64,000 bases of DNA, taken from the IMG/VR virus record IMGVR_UViG_3300028888_000074, positions 1 through 64,000 of that record. One strand, written 5' to 3'. A program made the position numbers and the translations under genes. Under the pieces are notes generated by a model. That model had not been told where the DNA came from. It searched no databases and saw nothing but the letters and a program-made list of their open reading frames with translations. The stretch is from a virus. Taxonomy: Duplodnaviria; Caudoviricetes. The stretch's first letter is position 1; each line of letters starts with the position of its first letter. Positions 56,667-64,000 of this stretch are shown piece by piece.

Positions 56667-57254
56667 TCACATTTTGTTTTTTTTCAATATCTTAATATCG
56701 TTATCATCGAATATAACATAATTGGTGACATTTTGCTTGAAATTCTTGTCGAACCATTTTATTCCGACATAACCGATTGACTTAAGGAACTTTGAAGTTT
56801 CCTTATCGCTTCCACACAAGGACGCAATTGTTCCATAAATATCACCTCCGTCTTCACATTCCAGAATATACCTGCATTCATATTGCCAAAAATCGCGTTT
56901 AGCCTCTTGGCTTGCATATGCCTCTCTGCCATATTCACTTTCGGTTGTGTAATATTTGAAAAAGAGGTTTGCAATACGCCTCTTTTCCTGTTGGCTTATA
57001 GACTTGTAGGAAAGATATTTTCCATCTGGAACCTCAACCGTATACACAATACCATTACCAGCATATTGTTTGGCTGCTTCAATTGAATTTGTGAAATAAT
57101 GTCCATATCCGTACATTTGTTCTCCCCATCCAGTGGACAAATATTTTGAGTCAAACTTGTCGAAATCGGCGTTACTTAACGAACCATGATATAACTCAAG
57201 TTCATTGATAACTTCGGTAACCATTTTCCTTACATCGTTTTGATTGAATTCCAT
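56667..57254 (-). CDS. ADP-ribosyltransferase-like (ART-PolyVal-type) domain protein
   Basis: LYHGS..FDKFD..G.G...YG.G.YFT...A..YA...YVIFD...IKI. Confidence 0.6.
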   Translation of the reverse strand: MEFNQNDVRKMVTEVINELELYHGSLSNADFDKFDSKYLSTGWGEQMYGYGHYFTNSIEAAKQYAGNGIVYTVEVPDGKYLSYKSISQQEKRRIANLFFKYYTTESEYGREAYASQEAKRDFWQYECRYILECEDGGDIYGTIASLCGSDKETSKFLKSIGYVGIKWFDKNFKQNVTNYVIFDDNDIKILKKNKM

Positions 57255-57324
57255 TTAAGATTTTTTTTTATAAATAGTTGTGTTTTCCCGATTAAAAATG
57301 TATAATAACAAAAAAAGAAATATT

Positions 57325-57927
57325 ATGAGTACAAGTAGAAGTTTTAGATTAACGGATGAATTGGTTGAAAAATACAAACCTTACACACCGTCAAGTGAAG
57401 AAACCAACGACAATTTCATAAACCAGATTGAAATTGAAATCCTAGTCAAGTGTATGTCAGACAACAACGATTGTGACGTAAAGGAGATTTTCAATTACAT
57501 AAAAGGAAGACTATGGATGTACAGGGCGTGTGTTGAACATGCAGCAGAATATGATATCTATCGTTGGTACAAAGAAGATGAGGATAATATACTCACCATA
57601 TATGGTTATCATGAACAGTATTGTGGCCATGAAATAGATGATGAAACAAATGACATTGTTGAGGAACTTGTATTAACCGCAAAACTTGTCAATGCTGGAG
57701 ATTATTTTGACAGTGAATCACACTTCTTCGATTTGAAAAATGAAATCAAAGACAAACTTGATTATATCAGAGGAGTTTATTTTGACAACAAATTGACTGA
57801 TATTATGGATGAATTCAAGAAGTATGAATTGACTGATGATGATTTTAATGAATATGGTGAATTGAAAGAAACAAAAAACAAAATCGACGCTGAGGATGGT
57901 GGCGTTTTGTTTGATTCTTTGGACTAA
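57325..57927 (+). CDS. hypothetical acidic protein
   Basis: GTATAAT upstream. Confidence 0.72.
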   Translation: MSTSRSFRLTDELVEKYKPYTPSSEETNDNFINQIEIEILVKCMSDNNDCDVKEIFNYIKGRLWMYRACVEHAAEYDIYRWYKEDEDNILTIYGYHEQYCGHEIDDETNDIVEELVLTAKLVNAGDYFDSESHFFDLKNEIKDKLDYIRGVYFDNKLTDIMDEFKKYELTDDDFNEYGELKETKNKIDAEDGGVLFDSLD

Positions 57928-57980
57928 CAAACTATTTATTGAAAATAAAATAATTGATTTAGATTAAAATTGTTTTCAAA

Positions 57981-58376
57981 ATGAAGAAAGTATTAAACGA
58001 GGAAGGACTTAAAGAAATGGTCAAAACAATGGTTTTGCAAACCTTGGAAGAATCATACATAATGAACAAAATACAGGACAGGCGTTCAACACAAGCAAAT
58101 AACCAAATGAAACTGAAAAGTCTCCGAGAATTGCTTTTGAGCGTCGGAATTGATAAAATAACCGAAAAAAACGTGCATGGTGATGTCGGATATATGTTCA
58201 CTATTCCGATGGACAAGGCTGTTTCTGCGGCAAAACAACTTAAGAGTGAAGGAGTGGCGTTTAAAACATTAAGACAAGACGGCCATTATCAGGATGGTGA
58301 AATTTGGGATGCCACAATGTTCGCTTATTTTGGAAGATACCAAATGATGGAAGGTGAAATTAAAAAAACCAAATAA
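57981..58376 (+). CDS. hypothetical protein
   Basis: CTATTTAT upstream. Confidence 0.7.
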   Translation: MKKVLNEEGLKEMVKTMVLQTLEESYIMNKIQDRRSTQANNQMKLKSLRELLLSVGIDKITEKNVHGDVGYMFTIPMDKAVSAAKQLKSEGVAFKTLRQDGHYQDGEIWDATMFAYFGRYQMMEGEIKKTK

Positions 58377-58928
58377 ATGGAAGAAATTCGGAAAAAGATT
58401 AAAAATCAATACAAATCATCAGTTGAAAGTTATATTGTGACTTTCAAAAACTGTTATTTTAAAAATGTGGAATGCGAAGATTATTGGGTTGGAGAAGAAA
58501 TCGGTGGTGTGTTTTTTATCAATGATTTCTTCTTTGATTTCAACGATATACGATATGCAATTGACAACCAGGTGTTAGGTACGGAATTGTTTGCTTGGTA
58601 TGATTATGTTGTCAATATTGGAACCAACAACAGCGAAACACAGACTCCAACATTGAAGGAATGGTGGGAATCTAAAAATGATAACGACAAGAGATTGAAA
58701 TACGAATTGTCGCTTTATCGGAAAAACATAATGGATTTCAAAAAAGAAAACCTTGTATTGACAAATGACTCCCCAACGGAAGATGGCTATTACGTAGTTC
58801 TTTATCTTGGTTTTGACGGCGTGTTTCAACGGACAAACCAATGGAAAAACGGAAAGTGGTCAAGTCCGATTCGTGACAAACTGATTGCCAGGAGCGCAGA
58901 CCCGATAAAACTTAAAACGCTTGTTTAA
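58377..58928 (+). CDS. hypothetical protein
   Basis: ORF followed by a terminator. Confidence 0.7.
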   Translation: MEEIRKKIKNQYKSSVESYIVTFKNCYFKNVECEDYWVGEEIGGVFFINDFFFDFNDIRYAIDNQVLGTELFAWYDYVVNIGTNNSETQTPTLKEWWESKNDNDKRLKYELSLYRKNIMDFKKENLVLTNDSPTEDGYYVVLYLGFDGVFQRTNQWKNGKWSSPIRDKLIARSADPIKLKTLV

Positions 58929-59035
58929 CCAAAAACATAACGAAATTAACGGATTGTTGAATAAAACCACAATCCGTTTTTTCTTGTATCATTGAAACTA
59001 TTTATTATGAAATAAACATTAAAGATTTTAATATT

Positions 59036-60052
59036 ATGTATGAAGAATATAATACAGTTTTTTTGTACGGAGATGTGACATATAAAACAAGTGGAGGAGA
59101 TATAAAAATGGCAAAATCAATAACTTGGGATGAGAATTATATTGGTGAGTATGAGGAAGGTAGCTATAATTATGAAGCTGTTGGACTTTGTGGTATAACA
59201 TCTGGTATTACAAATAAAGAATCCATTATACCATATAACAGAGTTTTAACTTTGTTTCCAATTTTCTCAAGTGCAACATATGATTCAGTAACCAAGGGTT
59301 TGACGTTGAAAACAGGTGATGTGGATATTAAAATAAACACGCCAAAGATGACAGGCGTGAATGATTCAAGTGGTGGTGGAAATGGAGGACCAAAAGCTGG
59401 AGTTTCGAGTTTTGATTACTTAGGTTTATCATTTGATTATATATTCTGGAAAAGTCATTTCGGTGATTATTTCTTTAACGCACAAATTCCGCCGACAATG
59501 CATAATATCAGACATATTTTGAGAATATATGGATTGGATGAGAAATATGGTGGTAGTAATAATGAAACTTATCTATATGATGATGTTGTGTATGACACAA
59601 CACAAAATACATGCGTTTTAATTGACTCTTCGAATATCAATAGTGCAAACATACGTCCAGCTGTCATCAATGTTGATTGTAATTTGGCGTCAGATTTTAG
59701 GTTTACTCAAGAGTCTGATGGCTCTTACACAAGTTCTAAATATGACTGTTTCGTAAATATAAAACCAATTAATGATGACATGGTTCAAGTTAAAATTGCC
59801 ACTGTCAACTCCTCTTATTCATCTGAAGAAAATTTTATTATATATGACCAGTTAAATGATGGAAATGAAGGTGGTAGTAATACGAGAACATTACAAATTT
59901 ACGATGGTTATTATAATACTGATGGTCTTTATACAATATTTGCAACCGTACCACCATATATGCACAATATATTGCATATGATGAAAATGTGTGGCTGGTA
60001 TGGAAGTTACAGTGTAGGAGGTGGAGGAGGAGGAGAAGAGATAGCAGTGTAA
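59036..60052 (+). CDS. hypothetical protein with internal duplication (PP.MHNI.H), possibly virion-associated
   Basis: 338-aa ORF; CTATTTAT upstream. Confidence 0.72.
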   Translation: MYEEYNTVFLYGDVTYKTSGGDIKMAKSITWDENYIGEYEEGSYNYEAVGLCGITSGITNKESIIPYNRVLTLFPIFSSATYDSVTKGLTLKTGDVDIKINTPKMTGVNDSSGGGNGGPKAGVSSFDYLGLSFDYIFWKSHFGDYFFNAQIPPTMHNIRHILRIYGLDEKYGGSNNETYLYDDVVYDTTQNTCVLIDSSNINSANIRPAVINVDCNLASDFRFTQESDGSYTSSKYDCFVNIKPINDDMVQVKIATVNSSYSSEENFIIYDQLNDGNEGGSNTRTLQIYDGYYNTDGLYTIFATVPPYMHNILHMMKMCGWYGSYSVGGGGGGEEIAV

Positions 60053-60145
60053 ATAAATGGCGGAACCAATGATTCCGCCATTTATTTTAGTTATATCCAC
60101 CTATAAATTCTCTGACTGATATTCCATTATCATCCGTTTTATGAT

Positions 60146-61445
60146 TTACACTGGAGAAAACCAACGACTTCAGTCGTTGGATGAATCCAGTTATTTAATT
60201 ATACATTTTTAAAATTAAAAAAGCAAAAAAAAAAACAATGCCCGTGGTGCTTTTTACACATAACGGACTATTTATTGTTATAAACATAACAATAAAATGC
60301 TGACATACAAGTACAAGCTATACGCATCCAAAAGAAACAAACGCATCGAAACCCTGATGCGTGAGGCTTGCTTTGTATGGAACCATTGCGTTGCCCTTCA
60401 GAAGAAGTACTATGAAATGTACGGCAAGTACATAGGCGGAAACAGGATGAAGACACACTTCGCAAAGAGGTACAAGATGCAGAACCTTCACTCTCAAAGC
60501 GTGCAGGAGGTGATTGAACGCCTCGACTGTGCATACCAGAGGTTCTTCGCCCACAAGTCCAAGAGACCTCCGAAATTCAAGAAGTTCTCGGATATGTCAT
60601 CCGTGGTTTTCAAACAGGGAGGGTTCAAACTGAAAGGCAACAAATTCACGATAAACAAACTGAAAACAACATTCAAGTTCTCTTTGAGCCGTCCGCTCAG
60701 GGGAGAGACAAAGAGGTTGTCGGTCAAGCGGTCACCGCTTGGAGACTACTACATCTGTGTGGTCACCGACGCCGAAGCCAAAAGATACGGAAAGACACAC
60801 AATGGTGCATCCGTTGGCATTGACTTCGGTCTGAAAACCTATCTCACACTATCAGACGGACAGGCGGTCGAGAACCCGCAGTTCCTTAAACACAACCTCG
60901 CATCATTGAGAAAGGCATCCAGAAAATTTAGCAACGCAAAGCGTGGCTCGAACAACAGAAGACGGAAACGCATGGACCTTGACAGATGCCATGAAAAGGT
61001 TGTGAATTCACGCACCGACTGGCAGTGGAAACTTGCCCATGCGATATGCCGCTCATATGACAACATATTCGTCGAGGACCTTGTCCTTACTGGTATGTCG
61101 AAGAGGTGGGGAAGGAAAATGAACGACCTGGCACACGGAAGGTTCGTGGAAATCCTCGGAATGGTTGCGTCGAAATACGGATGCAACCTGCACAAGATTG
61201 ACAGGTTCTATCCGTCAAGCAAAACTTGCGAGTGCGGGTTTGTCAATGAGAACCTGTCACTGAAGGACAGGGAGTGGGTCTGCCCGCATTGCGGAAGGAC
61301 AAACGACAGGGACTTGAATGCTGCAAGAAATATACTTCGTCGGGGCATCGACGAATTGGCGAGTGCAAATGCTGCTGGCGTCAACGCCATCAGCGTGCAT
61401 GTTTAAGTCAAGAATCCCACGAATTTATTCGTGGGAGTATGTCAA
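60146..61445 (+). mobile_element. IS200/IS605-family TnpB-only element B (sister of A)
   Basis: Same ends as A; interrupts the 3' end of the 61878 gene. Confidence 0.88.
60297..61406 (+). CDS. tnpB: RNA-guided endonuclease TnpB
   Basis: Near-identical to 30481..31590; RuvC triad intact. Confidence 0.92.
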   Translation: MLTYKYKLYASKRNKRIETLMREACFVWNHCVALQKKYYEMYGKYIGGNRMKTHFAKRYKMQNLHSQSVQEVIERLDCAYQRFFAHKSKRPPKFKKFSDMSSVVFKQGGFKLKGNKFTINKLKTTFKFSLSRPLRGETKRLSVKRSPLGDYYICVVTDAEAKRYGKTHNGASVGIDFGLKTYLTLSDGQAVENPQFLKHNLASLRKASRKFSNAKRGSNNRRRKRMDLDRCHEKVVNSRTDWQWKLAHAICRSYDNIFVEDLVLTGMSKRWGRKMNDLAHGRFVEILGMVASKYGCNLHKIDRFYPSSKTCECGFVNENLSLKDREWVCPHCGRTNDRDLNAARNILRRGIDELASANAAGVNAISVHV

Positions 61446-61878
61446 ATGTATTCATCTCAATCAATGAATCAGTACATGGTTGCCAGGTTCCTTTTTTTGC
61501 TGATTCTTGTAGCGAGTCTGCCCTGAAATCGACTTCTTCTATTTCCGTATCGCCAGTTTCCCTGATATAATCAATACAGCATTGAACCAGTCTTTCCTGT
61601 AGTTTTTTCGCTTTTTCTGAATCATAGTGATGGTACTTTTCAAATTGTTTCACTTCGTCTTCAGCATCTGGATTCAGTATTGGAATTTCGTTTTCGCTTT
61701 GGAATAATGTTACTTGGTAAATGTTTGTCTCAGTCTTAAGCGAACTGTTTTTGTTTGCATTATCCACCTTTTCCTTAACCAAGTCGGATATTTGTTTGTT
61801 TTCAAAACAAGAGCGGTCTATAACGTTTTTTATCGTTCCATTTTGTATTGAAGTTTCAATCAAATATAAAATTCTCAT
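61408..61878 (-). CDS. hypothetical protein, C-terminus replaced by IS B sequence
   Basis: Original tail YHKTDDNGISVREFIGGYN* lies at 60145-60087. Confidence 0.65.
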   Translation of the reverse strand: MRILYLIETSIQNGTIKNVIDRSCFENKQISDLVKEKVDNANKNSSLKTETNIYQVTLFQSENEIPILNPDAEDEVKQFEKYHHYDSEKAKKLQERLVQCCIDYIRETGDTEIEEVDFRADSLQESAKKGTWQPCTDSLIEMNTFDILPRINSWDS

Positions 61879-61892
61879 CTGTTTACATTGTT

Positions 61893-62501
61893 TTATTCTC
61901 CACACCAAACCAATGTGGGATTATTCTTATGTACTTGTATGTCATATTTTTGCATGAAATCATATAGATTGAATGGTGTTGTCAATATATGCACACCGTT
62001 TTTTGTATGATTAATCATGGCGATTTTGTTTTCTTGATTTTTCGGTTGTAAACTATTGATGAAGTCGCACATTTCATAAACATATTTGTACCTGGATTTT
62101 ACATCTTGAAGCTCATCCCAATCAATATCAACAATCCAGATTGCGTTTTTTGACCCACAAGCTCCAGCAACAGAGTCGAAAATCTTATATGGTTTATGAT
62201 AATCCTCATTTGATATTCTATCGGCAAATTCTTTCAGGCAAGCCAAAGTGCATTTCTTGAATGATTTTCTATTTGGATTAAGGTAAATTCTTGCGTTGTT
62301 TTTCTGTGCAAGCTCAATCAAGTCGTCCTTTAAATCAATTAACTGATTTTCCCTATGCAAATAAACCGTCTTAATAGCAATGGAATTCTTATCCATGTCT
62401 GGATTTTCCTTTCTACGTTTCAGTACCTGAAGCATATAGAAATCATCGTCATTTTCAAAGTTTAGAATCTTGTTTAATTCTGAAAAATTATCAACTGCCA
62501 T
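61893..62501 (-). CDS. phage protein, possibly AEP/prim-pol fold
   Basis: WIVDID and TKNGVH motifs. Confidence 0.45.
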   Translation of the reverse strand: MAVDNFSELNKILNFENDDDFYMLQVLKRRKENPDMDKNSIAIKTVYLHRENQLIDLKDDLIELAQKNNARIYLNPNRKSFKKCTLACLKEFADRISNEDYHKPYKIFDSVAGACGSKNAIWIVDIDWDELQDVKSRYKYVYEMCDFINSLQPKNQENKIAMINHTKNGVHILTTPFNLYDFMQKYDIQVHKNNPTLVWCGE

Positions 62502-62512
62502 AAATGAAAATT

Positions 62513-63196
62513 CTAATGTTTTTTATTTTTATATGTTTTTGCAACCGTTTTAACTTTGTCCAGATATGTCGGGCTTTGCGCATATGAACCGATTCTTTTA
62601 ACATATTCTTCCTCGTTTGGTTTTATATTGCGAAATATGTCAAGTTCCCATAAAACCCTGTCTATAACACTCATTTTCCAGTTTTTATATTTGGCATAAA
62701 CATCATTCTTATTGTTTGTCAGCATAGCTGTGGTTTCTCGTCTTTGCGGGATTGTCATACCGAACAAGTTGTTGCTTCTGTTTGGGGTAACCTTTCCGCA
62801 CTGACTTTCAATTACAGCCTGTGCCATGATGTATTCTGGGTACCACACATCAAGCGATTTTATGTAATCCCAAACAGAATCTTCATTTAACATGTGGTAT
62901 TTTTCCCTTTCAACAGAGACCTTTCCGATTTCGGTATAAATGTGGCATTTCTCCGCCAGGGTTTTGACATAATCCAATTCAAATTGCAATGAATCACCAA
63001 GTGTTTTGATTTTGGCTTCATAACTGTTTGCTAGTTTTTTTTGCTCTTTGTCTTTTTTTAATGGTGTGTATATGTTAAAGAACAAAGATATGACAAGCAG
63101 TATTAAGGTAGGAATTGTAATCATCCAACCGTTTTTGTTTGTAAGTTTATGCATTTTAAGACCGTATAAAGCCTTTTTGTTAATTTTCTTGTACAT
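62513..63196 (-). CDS. Membrane-anchored GH73 glucosaminidase-like peptidoglycan hydrolase
   Basis: TM helix; AQAVIES, NNLFGM, YA.SP.Y. Confidence 0.75.
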   Translation of the reverse strand: MYKKINKKALYGLKMHKLTNKNGWMITIPTLILLVISLFFNIYTPLKKDKEQKKLANSYEAKIKTLGDSLQFELDYVKTLAEKCHIYTEIGKVSVEREKYHMLNEDSVWDYIKSLDVWYPEYIMAQAVIESQCGKVTPNRSNNLFGMTIPQRRETTAMLTNNKNDVYAKYKNWKMSVIDRVLWELDIFRNIKPNEEEYVKRIGSYAQSPTYLDKVKTVAKTYKNKKH

Positions 63197-63554
63197 TTTC
63201 AAATTCGTTTTTTGTTATATAATGGTATTCTTGTGTTGATGGGTTGAATTCCACATACTTGGTGTTACCATTTCCCTTAAACACAAAATACCTGTAATTC
63301 TCGTAAACATAATCAAAAGGTTCGAACACAAGTTGTGAATTAGAATTTCTGGATTCCCGTTTCACGTTGATTCTGGCTATCAGGTTTTTGTCGACATCGT
63401 AAGCTAAAACAGTGTTAAACCAATCAATACTTGAAAAGACAAAACACCTGTCACTGTTGGACAGATTCAATTCGTATGGTATGTTGGATTGGGCCGATGT
63501 CGCTGTTGTTAAGAATAACACAATTAAAATTAAAAAATATTTTAATTTGAACAT
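63180..63554 (-). CDS. exported hypothetical protein
   Basis: Signal peptide. Confidence 0.65.
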   Translation of the reverse strand: MFKLKYFLILIVLFLTTATSAQSNIPYELNLSNSDRCFVFSSIDWFNTVLAYDVDKNLIARINVKRESRNSNSQLVFEPFDYVYENYRYFVFKGNGNTKYVEFNPSTQEYHYITKNEFENVQEN

Positions 63555-63631
63555 AGGTTTTGGTTTGTTTTAAATTGAAATGGGCGCAAACATAAATTCA
63601 CGCCCACTCCATGTATTCATAACAGCATTTG

Positions 63632-63826
63632 TTATTGGGCATTCTTCACTGCTTGGATAGCCTCTCTAACTTCCTTGCACTTTTTGGAAATGTCCATCAA
63701 GGCCATACGAACATCCTTTGCGGCTGTCTTGTTACCTTTTTCCATGAATGCGTTCATTCTTTCTCTTGTGTACTCTGAATCCACAAGCTCCAAAAATTCG
63801 TTCCAAAGTTTTTCTAAATTTTGCAT
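63632..63826 (-). CDS. Histone H1-like (Hc1-family) small DNA-binding protein
   Basis: KGNKTAAKDVRMAL..I.K..KE.R motif. Confidence 0.7.
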   Translation of the reverse strand: MQNLEKLWNEFLELVDSEYTRERMNAFMEKGNKTAAKDVRMALMDISKKCKEVREAIQAVKNAQ

Positions 63827-64000
63827 GTTGAATCTTTTTAATTTGTTATTATTAAAGTTTTGTAATTTAAGATTACTTTTTTTTTCTCAAAAAAACAAAT
63901 GAATTTTAATTTTTTTTCACTTGCCATTTCATGAAATCCTTTGTGGCTGTTATCGGCACATTGTCAAAGTCATCCACAGCATTGAATATAACCTTAACAG

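Noticed and set aside
1-64000. Stop-codon reassignment (TAG=Gln as in Lak or some crAss-like phages)
   Set aside because: Conserved genes are intact in the standard code, and several TAG stops fall exactly at gene/promoter boundaries (e.g. 6455, 8192, 13579).
1-64000. tRNA or rRNA genes
   Set aside because: No cloverleaf or rRNA signature recognised by eye; tRNAscan-SE or ARAGORN would be needed to exclude them formally.

Overview
This AT-rich, densely packed window is most consistent with part of a large (jumbo-type) phage infecting Bacteroidota. The support is SD-less starts after ACAATTAAAATT-type leaders, an Hc1-like protein, a GH73 glucosaminidase and many tiny hypothetical genes; the host and phage assignment is inference. 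Bases 1-19 kb form an array of small + strand genes, most preceded by their own sigma54 (RpoN) -24/-12 promoter (25 copies counted by eye). The array also carries phased TGACA-N3-TGTCA clusters, a 14-bp palindromic operator, terminator/promoter fusions and two copies of a structured RNA candidate with a Pro-Pro-stop micro-ORF. The last sigma54 promoter precedes a phage sigma70-family gene. Within the array, a DUF262-HNH plus EcoRI-family methylase pair has a silent, inverted alternative methylase C-terminus between perfect 21-bp inverted repeats, i.e. a candidate shufflon. Around 21.3-22.3 kb lies an origin-like non-coding region with a GC-skew flip. Bases 22-64 kb hold auxiliary genes (kptA, Thg1, pncA, pncB, two Nudix, radical SAM, nucleotidyltransferase, nucleotidase, ART-like, GH73) and five TnpB-only IS200/IS605 elements. 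No tRNA, rRNA or CRISPR array was recognised. All calls were made by eye, without database searches.
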